64,000 bases of DNA from a virus. Taxonomy: Duplodnaviria; Caudoviricetes. Numbering within the stretch: the stretch's first letter is position 1; each line of letters begins with the position of its first letter. Location: the IMG/VR virus record IMGVR_UViG_3300024346_000005. One strand, 5' to 3'. Below the pieces are notes generated by a model that worked only from the letters and a program-made list of their open reading frames with translations, was not told the DNA's origin and made no database searches. Below are positions 38,301-46,247 of this stretch, piece by piece. Position numbers and translations under genes: made by a program.

Positions 38301-38618
38301 GGTTTCTATGGTGTAAGAACCAATACAACAGTCGCAACCACTTCTATAACTACCATAGATAGTATTGTAGTTGCGACTTATCGTTCTGCAAGAATACAGA
38401 TACAGATTACTCAAGGAAGTAACTATCAAGTCTCTGATGTTCTTCTCATTCACGATGGAACTACTGCTTCCATTATTGAATACGGAACACTCGCAACAGG
38501 TTCCACATTAGGCACTTATAGTGCTACAATAAATAGTGGAAATGCACTTCTTCAAGTTACTATGGGTAGTGCAACATCATCTGCGGTGAAAGTATTAAGT
38601 TACCGAACTGTAGTGTGA
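32343..38618 (+). CDS. long tail fibre / adhesin-like protein (2091 aa)
   Basis: GIGTTNP motifs, AGIAT repeats, about 60 copies of a 17-aa NTAxGxxALxxNTTGxx repeat, C-terminal RSARIQIQITQG domain. Confidence 0.85.
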   Translation: MALLKANTGIGITNPSEALHVIGNGLFVGIVSATSFIGNLSGTATSAINLVGGEQGSVPYQSSTNLTTFLSPGSAGNVLVTNGVGQNPTWLSPSALSGAFNGVTIKDEGSIIGSPDTIRSINFVGPNVVATASGVGATITLSNDAQYLTGTAPGSVISQSSGFNVTGNVTISGNLSVGGTSVILNAATLQIKDKDIVAGITTNALGQDVSTDFTANHGGIAIASTEGSPLFDINAGVGTDNIPSTYKQIMWLKSGSFTGLNTDAWLFNYAVGVGTNQIPNGVRFAAGNVQFTQNDLVSVRNINASGVITATQFVGSLSGNVTSADYATRSGIATYATNAGIATNAGISTNVIGGIASVTSLSVSGISTLGTVRISSGIVSATTGIVTYYGDGSGLTNINIGSISGAIAGITIRDEGVIVGTSSSVTSVNFVGGNVVATASGANATITIADNLVGTALSISGISTFTNGPVLIGSGTSTGTLSQPLQVTGGAYVSGNLGVGTTNPTSKFHIIGNGLVSGVITATTFFGNLTGYASTAGIATYADRAGISTFATNAGIATYATNAGIATYADRSGISTFATNAGIATYATNAGIATNVIGGIGSITQLQVTGISTFTNGPILVGSATSTGTSAQRLQVTGGGYVSGSVGIGTTNPTSKLQVQGDVSIASTVGIGTVIDIVPYDTLNSGTLSFEGSAGQLFSITNNLTSGSIFSVNDVSGIPSIDVDANGTVSLVAYGGNVAIGSTGLTGTASQKLQVTGGGYVSGSLGIGTTNPSQSLHVQGNVRVTGALYDGTNLTGSSGQILSSTGSAISWINASSANVGSANSIAIAVDSTNASRYLTFVSTTSGNNLVYVNSSLLFNPSTGDASVNGLTIGKGTGSVSSNTALGYQALLSNTTGIQNTATGFRALYLNTIGNNNTANGYAALYYNTTGQYNTATGFQALHANTTASFNTATGWQALRFNTTGVRNTANGYAALYYNTTGQYNTATGFYALFSNTTGQNNTATGVQALYINTTGIHNVANGLYALYANTTGNYNTANGSSALEANTTGTNNTATGFGALYSNTTGTNNTATGYAALYSNTTGFYNTANGVSALYANTTGTQNTATGYQALQNNTIGVQNTANGYRALRANTTGINNTATGQQALFSNTTGGGNTANGYRALFYNTTGASNTATGVNALRDNTTSSGHTATGVNALYANTTGTSNTANGYAALRFNTTGTNNTANGYQALRANTTGIFNTATGFQALYANTTGVNNTATGSNALFSNTTGTQNTANGYRALLSNTTGNFNSAYGHQALTNNTTGVNNTATGTGALQSNTIGGSNTANGVSALQSNTTGSYNTANGVNALYSNTTGTNNTATGFQALYSNTTGIQNTATGFDSLRANTTGSNNTANGYRALYSNTTGTNNTATGFQSLASNTTGINNTATGYRALFSNTTGIYNTANGYAALNANTTGINNTATGYNALVSNTTGSNNTANGYRALTNNTTGTNNTATGYQALSSNTTGSNNTANGYRTLFSNTTGTNNTATGYAALYGNTIGSANNANGYKALQANTTGANNTATGTVALYSNTTGSNNTATGYYALFSNTTGTVNTANGIQSLQNNTTGIQNTATGAVALFSNTTGSNNTANGYYALAGNTTGSNNTATGWKALTANTIGIQNTANGVNALAANTTGTQNTANGYRALLSNTTGNFNSAYGHQALTNNTTGTNNTATGTGALQSNTTGIQNTANGVQALLSNTTGIYNTANGYRALVSNTTGGNNTATGTAALYSNTTGGNNTANGYRALLSNTTGNVNSAYGHQALTNNTTGTNNTATGSGALQSNTTGIYNTANGYRALVSNTTGGNNTATGTAALYSNTTGIQNTATGVRSLESNTTGNYNTATGFQALYANTTGTSNTATGLEALTSNTTGQQNTATGYFALRFNTTGIRNTAIGLSAGSSITTGSNNTFLGYDAQPSSATVSNEITLGDTDVTTLRVPGLGFYGVRTNTTVATTSITTIDSIVVATYRSARIQIQITQGSNYQVSDVLLIHDGTTASIIEYGTLATGSTLGTYSATINSGNALLQVTMGSATSSAVKVLSYRTVV
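34985..38200 (+). repeat. 51-nt (17-aa) tandem repeat array, roughly 60-63 units
   Basis: AA(C/T)ACTGCTA(C/A)TGGA...GCACTC...AACACCACTGGA periodicity. Confidence 0.9.
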
Positions 38619-38652
38619 TAAATAAGTAAACAAATCATTTCACAAAACAAAA

Positions 38653-38991
38653 ATGGCAAAGTACTCTGAAAATTGCGACAAGACCTTATCAAAGGCAGTT
38701 CCTACCGTAACTACAAATGGTATTGTAAAGTCTTGGGAACTTGAAGTAGTATATTCTTATCCTGCTGCTGGTATCAACACGACTGATACTCAACTTCGTA
38801 GAAAGTATAACGAAACCGAACAGGTTGAGTATCTTGACAAGACTCCACAAGAGTTTACCAAGGCTGAGTTGTTCTCATTCCTCAATATCTCACAATACGA
38901 TATGGTATTTGACTCTACTTATGAGTCGGTGGTTCTTCCTCCTACAGAAAATAGAGATACCTCATTCGACCTCAATACACTTTCTGATTGA
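38653..38991 (+). CDS. hypothetical protein (possible fibre assembly factor)
   Basis: Acidic 112 aa directly after the long fibre, behind ATAAATA. Confidence 0.6.
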   Translation: MAKYSENCDKTLSKAVPTVTTNGIVKSWELEVVYSYPAAGINTTDTQLRRKYNETEQVEYLDKTPQEFTKAELFSFLNISQYDMVFDSTYESVVLPPTENRDTSFDLNTLSD

Positions 38992-39007
38992 TTTTTAATC
39001 TAATATT

Positions 39008-39742
39008 ATGACTAAAGAATATAAAGGTTTTGCGACCGTTGAGCAACAAGAAGAAGTAAAAGTAAGAAGAGTTCTTATCGGCACACCTGCTCTGGACGGT
39101 AAAGTTCAGGCTTGGTATGCCGATTCTCTTTCCAATTCAATCAAAGTATGTGCCGGAAATGGAATTGATTTGCAACCAGTCATTTTAATTGATGAGAGCA
39201 TTCTGCCAATGGCACGAAATGAACTTCTAAACATTGCATATCAAGATAACTATGAGTCTATTGTTTTTATTGATGCAGATCAAGTATGGGATGCAAGAGC
39301 ACTTTTAGATGTTATCAACTCCCAGCACGATGTAATTGGTCTTCCTGTGGTATCAAAGACTGATGAACCGGGAAACTTTAATGTAAAACTTAAAGGTATC
39401 GACCAAATTGAAAAAGACGAACAAGGAAACATTAAGGTTGATGCAGTAGGAACTGGATTTCTAAAACTTTCCAGAAAAGCACTCGAAGCACTGTGGAACT
39501 CAAATCCAACTACATTGTTTAGAGGAAAAGAACTTAAGTTAATTTGTGAGTATGCAACAAATTATAATGAGTTTGTTGGAGAGGATATTTACCTCTGCAC
39601 TAAACTCAAAGAACTTGAGTTTGATATTTGGATCAATCCAAATGCAACCTGTGCTCATATTGGAAGTAAAGTATGGATGGGAAACTTTGCACACTTTCTT
39701 GAGTTTCTAACAACACAACAACCTGAAGAAATTCAAGAATGA
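39008..39742 (+). CDS. GT-A fold glycosyltransferase-like protein
   Basis: VLIGTP, ARNELL, IVFIDAD, VGTGFL, GEDIYLC. Confidence 0.75.
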   Translation: MTKEYKGFATVEQQEEVKVRRVLIGTPALDGKVQAWYADSLSNSIKVCAGNGIDLQPVILIDESILPMARNELLNIAYQDNYESIVFIDADQVWDARALLDVINSQHDVIGLPVVSKTDEPGNFNVKLKGIDQIEKDEQGNIKVDAVGTGFLKLSRKALEALWNSNPTTLFRGKELKLICEYATNYNEFVGEDIYLCTKLKELEFDIWINPNATCAHIGSKVWMGNFAHFLEFLTTQQPEEIQE

Positions 39743-40536
39743 AACAGTTTTATTTCTTGAGTGGTGTTCCTCGTAGTGGGAGCACCGTTTTTGCTACTTT
39801 GATTTCACAAAATCCAAATATACATACCACTCCAACAAGTCCGTTGTTAGATTTACTTCTAACAACCAAACCAACTTGGAAACAGGTATCTACATTTCAA
39901 ACAAATACACACCCAGAACAATACTCAAATATTGAAAGAGGTATTATTTCTGGGTGCTATCAGCACATCAAAGAACCGATTGTATTAGAAAAGCATCGGT
40001 CTTGGGCAAAGTATGGTTCTTATATTCAATCTACATTTCAAACAACTCCAAAGATTATCTGCACCACCAGAAGAATCAGTGAAGTTTTAGCATCTTTTGT
40101 TTCTATCATCAATAAGTCAAAGAAGATTACTTATATTGATAGAGAACTGATGAATACAAATAAACCAGTCAATAATCAAACAAGATGTAGATTATTATGG
40201 GAGAATTATATCAGTGTTCCTTGGAAGAGTTTAAAGATTGGATATGAAACTCAAAGAGAACACCTGTGCTTTATTGATTATGAAGAGATTGTAAACTCAC
40301 CAGAAGAAACACTGAAGAAGGTTTATGAGTTCTGTGAGTTAGAGTATTATTCTGGGCACTACTTTGAGAACTTAAGTAATCCATCACCAGAGAATGATGA
40401 TGCTTATGGTATTCAAGGACTGCACGATGTAAGAAAGAAACTTGGCAGAACCAGTCCAAAACCAGAAGATGTACTTGGTGAGGAATTGGTTGAGTATTAT
40501 GATTCTTTGAAACTAGAATTTTGGAAGAATAAATAG
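39739..40536 (+). CDS. sulfotransferase-family protein
   Basis: FLSGVPRSGSTV PAPS-binding loop, ICTTRRISEVLAS, IDYEEIV. Confidence 0.85.
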   Translation: MKQFYFLSGVPRSGSTVFATLISQNPNIHTTPTSPLLDLLLTTKPTWKQVSTFQTNTHPEQYSNIERGIISGCYQHIKEPIVLEKHRSWAKYGSYIQSTFQTTPKIICTTRRISEVLASFVSIINKSKKITYIDRELMNTNKPVNNQTRCRLLWENYISVPWKSLKIGYETQREHLCFIDYEEIVNSPEETLKKVYEFCELEYYSGHYFENLSNPSPENDDAYGIQGLHDVRKKLGRTSPKPEDVLGEELVEYYDSLKLEFWKNK

Positions 40537-40561
40537 AAATAAGAAAAGATATTAGAAATAA

Positions 40562-40996
40562 ATGCCTGCGAATCGTATTGGTTTTAGTACAGACTTTGTT
40601 CTAGTTGATAGTAGAATTGGTATTGGGACGGCAAATCCAACATATAAACTACAGGTTGTTGGTGATTTTGGTGCTACTACCAAGTCATTCTCCATTCCTC
40701 ACCCAACAAAACCGGGACTGACTTTAAGACACGGTTCACTTGAAGGACCTGAAAATGGGGTTTATGTTCGTGGCAAAACAACAGAGTCTATTATACCTCT
40801 ACCAGATTATTGGACTGGTCTGGTTGATGAGGAAAGTATTAGCGTGAACCTGACTCCAAAGAATGGTAAGTTGCACAGTGTTGTTGGGATATCAAGTAAC
40901 ATAGTAGAGATTGAGTGTGTTGGTGGTGAAATTGATTGTTACTTTATGATACTTGGAGAAAGAAAAGATGTTGCGAAACTAGTTGTGGAATACTGA
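40562..40996 (+). CDS. tail-fibre-associated protein
   Basis: IGIGTANP, KSFSIPHPTKPG...LRHGSLEGPENGVYVRG. Confidence 0.65.
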   Translation: MPANRIGFSTDFVLVDSRIGIGTANPTYKLQVVGDFGATTKSFSIPHPTKPGLTLRHGSLEGPENGVYVRGKTTESIIPLPDYWTGLVDEESISVNLTPKNGKLHSVVGISSNIVEIECVGGEIDCYFMILGERKDVAKLVVEY

Positions 40997-41010
40997 GGGG
41001 ATAAAATAAA

Positions 41011-42222
41011 ATGTCTGCCATACACGGAGTAAACTATGGGGCACCCACACTAGATCTTAACTTTGCCAAGAACAAGAGTCTTATTGATACTGTAACTGGT
41101 AGAAATCTTATAACTTTTACTAGATCCCAAACAGCAAGAGAAGCAACTTATGTGGGTGCTGATGGTCTTATTAAGACTGCTGCTGCTAATGAACCAAGAT
41201 TCGATCACAACCCGACAACGGGGGAAAGCCTTGGGTTGTTAGTGGAGGAGGCAAGGACGAACATCATCGTTAGTTCATCGGTCTTCAATACGGGCTCATG
41301 GACCGAAGACGGTGTTGTACTAACTGCCAATGCTGGTGTGGCCCCTGATGGCACAACAACGGCAACGTCTGTTTCACAAGGAACAGGAAGCAACCGTTGT
41401 TATCACTTTGATAACAATGGAGCTGGCTCCAAAACTTTGACTGTTTTTGCTAAATCAAATGCAGGAAGTTCCATTACACTTTCTGGTAATTTATCTTATG
41501 GCACAAATTCTATTGGATCTGCTGTTTTAAACACTGCTAATGGCGCTATTTCCACTGCCTTGGGATGCTCTTCTGTTGCATTTCCCAATGGATGGTATAG
41601 ATTTATTATTCCTATTTTTGTAGGCGCTGGATCAGGCAATTCAAACTATTTAAGTATAACTGGACCCGCGTCATCAGTCTTTCTCTGGGGCGTACAAATT
41701 GAAGCAGGCTCCTTCCCCACCTCCTACATCCCCACCACTTCCGCCACCGTAACCCGCGCTGCTGATGTGGCGAGCATTACGGGGACTAACTTTTCAAGTT
41801 GGTATCGGCAGGATGAGGGGACTGTTTTTTGCCAAGGCATTAGCAATTCCGTGTCTAATAGTGCCTACTGGACCCTGCAAGGTACTTCGTCAAACGGAGC
41901 ATCGGTTCTTGTTTATCCTGCAAATAACTTGACCTATCAAGTGGTAAATAGTTCATTCCAGGTTAACTCATCTTTTGCTTCATATCCTGCTGTCGCTAGC
42001 GTTAAAACAGCAGCGGCAATCAAGTTAAATAATTTTGCAGTTGTTGCCAATGGGGGAACAATAACGTCGGACACGTCTGGGACAGTTCCTGCTGCAACCA
42101 GTTTCGTGATCGGCAATTATCTAGGCGGTGGCACGTCTTATGACTATTCCGGCACCATCGCCCGCCTCACCTTCTACCCAACAAGACTTCAAGATTCTCA
42201 GTTACAACAACTCACTAAATAG
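41011..42222 (+). CDS. head/tail spike fibre-like protein, paralog A (carbohydrate-binding-type beta domains)
   Basis: LDLNFAKN...TFTRS...PRFDH...GLLVEEARTN; WGVQIEAGSFPTSYIPT...TRAAD. Confidence 0.7.
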   Translation: MSAIHGVNYGAPTLDLNFAKNKSLIDTVTGRNLITFTRSQTAREATYVGADGLIKTAAANEPRFDHNPTTGESLGLLVEEARTNIIVSSSVFNTGSWTEDGVVLTANAGVAPDGTTTATSVSQGTGSNRCYHFDNNGAGSKTLTVFAKSNAGSSITLSGNLSYGTNSIGSAVLNTANGAISTALGCSSVAFPNGWYRFIIPIFVGAGSGNSNYLSITGPASSVFLWGVQIEAGSFPTSYIPTTSATVTRAADVASITGTNFSSWYRQDEGTVFCQGISNSVSNSAYWTLQGTSSNGASVLVYPANNLTYQVVNSSFQVNSSFASYPAVASVKTAAAIKLNNFAVVANGGTITSDTSGTVPAATSFVIGNYLGGGTSYDYSGTIARLTFYPTRLQDSQLQQLTK

Positions 42223-42236
42223 AATCAAAAAGATAT

Positions 42237-43589
42237 ATGGCAATTGTATACGGTGCAAACTACGGAAGACCCACACTAGATCTTAACTTTGCCAAGAACA
42301 AGAGTCTTATTGACACCATAAGTGGTAGAAATCTTGTTACTTTTACTAGATCCCAAACAGCAAGAGAAGCAACTTATGTGGGTGCTGATGGTCTTATTAA
42401 GACTGCTGCTGCTAATGAACCAAGATTCGACCACAACCCAACAACGGGGGAAAGTCTTGGGTTGTTGGTGGAGGAGGCGAGGACGAACCTGATCAAAAGC
42501 TCCAACAATTTTATATTTAATGATTGGCATTTTACTCAATGCCAGATGACGCCAAATGCTGTGGCAGCACCGGATGGAACGCAAACCGCTGCGTTGATCC
42601 AACAAACCAATGGTACTTCTACTCGGCAATTTATCTGCACTTCTTACTCTGTACCAAGTACCGGATCATCTTGGACTGCTTCTGTATTTGTTAAAAAGTT
42701 TAACTACGACTATGTTATCTTTGGGGCAGGAGATGAGGATTCTGGTTCAAGAGGAAGCAGGTTTGGATACCTTCAAGCTCAACTGCTTTTTCAGTTTTCT
42801 ACCAAAACGTTAACTGTTAACCCGTCTACCAATTGGGGCGGAGTCGTAACAGGCTCTGGATATGAAGAGCTTTCCAACGGTTGGTTCAGGCTTTGGGTGT
42901 CTAAAGCATCCTTTCCTAGAGCGAACTACTGGGGGATTTCTGTGCAGCAAACCCTTACCGGGAGTTTAGAGACCGGCGGGGATCTTAACCTTGTAACCGG
43001 CGACGGCAGTTCGGGGGTGTACTTCTGGGGAATGCAATGGGAATCTGGGGGGTTTAAGACATCTCACATTCCAACTCCGACCAGCGCCACCGTCACCCGC
43101 GCTGCTGATGTGGCAAGCATTACGGGGACTAACTTTTCGAGTTGGTATAACAACAGTGAAGGGACTTTTTTAGCTACTATTCCCGCTGTTTCATTAACAT
43201 ACAACCTTCGTTATCTTATTGATTGTGGCAGCTCTGCAACCAGTGGCGCTGGTGCATCGGGACATGTACTTTTCGGAAACCTAAACAATACTAATGTGGC
43301 TGGTGGCGTTACAGATGTGTCTAACGATTCAGTGGCTGGCCCGTCTGCCGCTTATACCGGCAACATTGTGCGAGTTAGCTACGCTTACAAAGTAAATAAT
43401 TTTAATGCAGCCGTAAACGGTACACTTGGAACGCTAGACACAAGCGGAGCAATTCCAACACTGGGCGCTCAGCAATTAGTTATTGGTTCAAGATTTAATG
43501 GAACTTTTTACATTAACAGAACCATCGCCCGCCTCACCTACTACCCCGTCCGCTTACCCGACGCCACCCTCCAAACCCTCACAAAATAA
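42237..43589 (+). CDS. head/tail spike fibre-like protein, paralog B
   Basis: Same constant blocks as 41011 with divergent internal domains. Confidence 0.7.
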   Translation: MAIVYGANYGRPTLDLNFAKNKSLIDTISGRNLVTFTRSQTAREATYVGADGLIKTAAANEPRFDHNPTTGESLGLLVEEARTNLIKSSNNFIFNDWHFTQCQMTPNAVAAPDGTQTAALIQQTNGTSTRQFICTSYSVPSTGSSWTASVFVKKFNYDYVIFGAGDEDSGSRGSRFGYLQAQLLFQFSTKTLTVNPSTNWGGVVTGSGYEELSNGWFRLWVSKASFPRANYWGISVQQTLTGSLETGGDLNLVTGDGSSGVYFWGMQWESGGFKTSHIPTPTSATVTRAADVASITGTNFSSWYNNSEGTFLATIPAVSLTYNLRYLIDCGSSATSGAGASGHVLFGNLNNTNVAGGVTDVSNDSVAGPSAAYTGNIVRVSYAYKVNNFNAAVNGTLGTLDTSGAIPTLGAQQLVIGSRFNGTFYINRTIARLTYYPVRLPDATLQTLTK

Positions 43590-43645
43590 AAATGTTAGAG
43601 TCTTTGCCTGATGATAAATACTAATATGCATATTGTAGAGTAGAG

Positions 43646-45586
43646 ATGTCTCAGTTTAATAATATTAAAATTACTCCAAATGTAGGTGCTACTGGTGTAG
43701 GAACTAATCCAAAGATTGAGTTTACCGGTGCAGGTAATTCCACGATTACTCTACAAGTATCCAGTGCTTCTACTGGTGGTTTATTATTTTATGGTGCAAA
43801 TGGTGAGATGCTATCCATTGTGGATGCACCAGAAACATTTCCTTCATTTTCGGTAAATGATCGTTTTAGTATTCCAATTATTGAAGCATATCCAAGTGGT
43901 AACGTATTTTTATCATCATATCCGGGATATCAAGTAGGTATTGGAACTACAGGATTCTCTCAGTCAAATTATAAGTTTGAGGTTTATGGTGGATTAAAGG
44001 TTGATGATATTAGTAGTGGATCCGGTAAGTTTAATGCAAATATTTCAAGAAGTATTGTTGCATCACCGACTGGTGTTCTAAATCCTATTCTTACATTACC
44101 ATCAACAGCAAATAAAGACTATATTATACACTCAATTAGTGTGGCAAATAAGGCACGATATCAACCAGCAGGAGCAGGAGCAACTGTTGGTATTAATACT
44201 TTGGCAGGTGCCGTGACTAGAATTGTAACGGGTGGTGTTGGAACTGGATATACGGCAGGAGATGTATTTGTCAGTATGGGAACCACTGATTTATTAAATC
44301 GTATTTGTGGTCTTGTTGGAATTGCGACAACTTCTTTCGTTGGTGTAGGAACAACCGGAGATCCTGCCTATGCCGGTATCACAAGTGCGATTGGTATTGT
44401 AACGGCAGTCTCTGGTGGTGCAATTACTGGTGTTGCACTGACTTATAATGGATTTGGATATACTACACCACCCGTTGTAACATTCCAAAGTCCGGTTGCG
44501 GGAGGAACAACAGAAACTGGAACCGCAGTATTAACACTTGGAGAAGTCACTGCAGCATATCTTAATGTGCCGGGAGAAGGTTATACAATTCCACCAAATG
44601 TTTCAATTGCTTCAACCACTGGAATTGGCGTACAAATTACTAGTGATGTGGATAGTGATGGAAAAGTTATAAGGTTGAATTTACTCAATAGAGGTTATGG
44701 ATATTCTAAATTAAATCAATTTGGAAACAGTGAGGAGAATGAGGTTTATATTTCACAACCGGGACTTGCAAAAACAGAAGTCGGTGTGGATATAATGTAT
44801 CGTAGAGCACCAGTTGGAACGGCAAATACAATTGATGCTTATATTGCCTTTGATGTTCCTATTCCTGTTGGTGGTGTGCTTGAAGTTCTTAAGCAACCGG
44901 CAGTTATGAATCCAAATGATTCAATTCATATTCGTGGTGTAGATGTGTATGGATCTGGACTTTCTGATGCAATAGATGTTCATATTGCCTATGAAGAAGA
45001 GAATAGCACTGCATTTGTTGGGTTGAGTACCGCACTTGGTTCTACAATTGGTCTGGGAGTAAGTGTATCGGGTACACTTCTCAGTGCAACAACCAATCCA
45101 ATTCTTCTACAGTCCCTAAGACTTACAAATACCGAATTTGTGGGAGATTATGATACTTCTGTAAAAATCGTCAGTGACCGCACAATTGCTTCACTTGCAT
45201 CAACTGCGGCATCTAGTGCAACAACATTCTTTGTTGCCGGTGGCATTAACAGCACCGTAGTTACTACTAACAGTATTGTAAGTATTGGAACGTTTATAGA
45301 TAAAGCACCAATTACTGGAATTGGATCTACTTCATTTACTATTTCAAGAACAAGTCCACTTTCAATTGCAGCAGGAACTGGCGTTACATTCTTTGTATTA
45401 GGTTATGATTCGGTTTATTTTGCAAGAAATCTAATGATTCCTGCATATGCATCCGTAGAACTTTTTGATATGCCGAAGAGATTAGAAAGATATTCTTCTC
45501 TTGTGATTGAAACTGATGTGGTTGGAATTGATCCAAATATTGCAAGTACGATTGACGTAGATTTATCTGGAAAAATTATCTATTAA
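43646..45586 (+). CDS. virion structural / tail-associated protein
   Basis: Gly/Thr-rich, GxGYT..P.V motifs like those in 26027. Confidence 0.6.
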   Translation: MSQFNNIKITPNVGATGVGTNPKIEFTGAGNSTITLQVSSASTGGLLFYGANGEMLSIVDAPETFPSFSVNDRFSIPIIEAYPSGNVFLSSYPGYQVGIGTTGFSQSNYKFEVYGGLKVDDISSGSGKFNANISRSIVASPTGVLNPILTLPSTANKDYIIHSISVANKARYQPAGAGATVGINTLAGAVTRIVTGGVGTGYTAGDVFVSMGTTDLLNRICGLVGIATTSFVGVGTTGDPAYAGITSAIGIVTAVSGGAITGVALTYNGFGYTTPPVVTFQSPVAGGTTETGTAVLTLGEVTAAYLNVPGEGYTIPPNVSIASTTGIGVQITSDVDSDGKVIRLNLLNRGYGYSKLNQFGNSEENEVYISQPGLAKTEVGVDIMYRRAPVGTANTIDAYIAFDVPIPVGGVLEVLKQPAVMNPNDSIHIRGVDVYGSGLSDAIDVHIAYEEENSTAFVGLSTALGSTIGLGVSVSGTLLSATTNPILLQSLRLTNTEFVGDYDTSVKIVSDRTIASLASTAASSATTFFVAGGINSTVVTTNSIVSIGTFIDKAPITGIGSTSFTISRTSPLSIAAGTGVTFFVLGYDSVYFARNLMIPAYASVELFDMPKRLERYSSLVIETDVVGIDPNIASTIDVDLSGKIIY

Positions 45587-45590
45587 AATA

Positions 45591-46247
45591 ATGAGTATCT
45601 TTATAGCATTACCTTGTTATGGTGGTTTGGTTTGTGAAAAGACCACGATGAGTTTGTTTAATCTTGGTAAACTCTTTGTTAGAGAAGGAGTTCCTCACGG
45701 ATTATTTACAGTTGCAAACTCTTCTTTGATTAGTCAAGGAAGAAGTAAGATTGCCAACTTCTTTCTAAATAACACAGATCACGAATATCTATTTTTTCTT
45801 GATAGTGATATTGGATTTGACCCTGCTTCAGTATTAAAACTTTTGAGTTCTGGTAAGGATATTACTGCTGCTCCATATCCGATGAAATCTATTCCTTTAA
45901 GGTATAACTATAAAACCGCAGTTCCAGAGGAACGTCAAGGAGATTTGATAAAGATAGAACATAATGGAATGGGGTTTGTAATGATTCATCGTAAAGTATT
46001 TTATGATATTGCTGCTGCTTATCCTGAACTAAAATATTATCCTTCACTTGATGATAGTAATGTAAAACCAAGTGAGGCAGAATATCATAACTCATATCAT
46101 TACTTTTTGGAACATAAAAATGGACCTACCTTTATGCCAGAAGACATTAGTTTCTTTTGGAGAGCACGAAGTTTAGGTTATGAGTGTTGGTTAGATACAA
46201 GTATTCATTTATCTCATACAGGATCACATCTTTTTGAGGAGAAGTAA
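45591..46247 (+). CDS. GT-A fold glycosyltransferase-like protein (paralog of 39008)
   Basis: IFIALPCYGG, GRSKIA, FFLDSDIGF, GMGFVMIHR, PEDISFFWR. Confidence 0.75.
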   Translation: MSIFIALPCYGGLVCEKTTMSLFNLGKLFVREGVPHGLFTVANSSLISQGRSKIANFFLNNTDHEYLFFLDSDIGFDPASVLKLLSSGKDITAAPYPMKSIPLRYNYKTAVPEERQGDLIKIEHNGMGFVMIHRKVFYDIAAAYPELKYYPSLDDSNVKPSEAEYHNSYHYFLEHKNGPTFMPEDISFFWRARSLGYECWLDTSIHLSHTGSHLFEEK

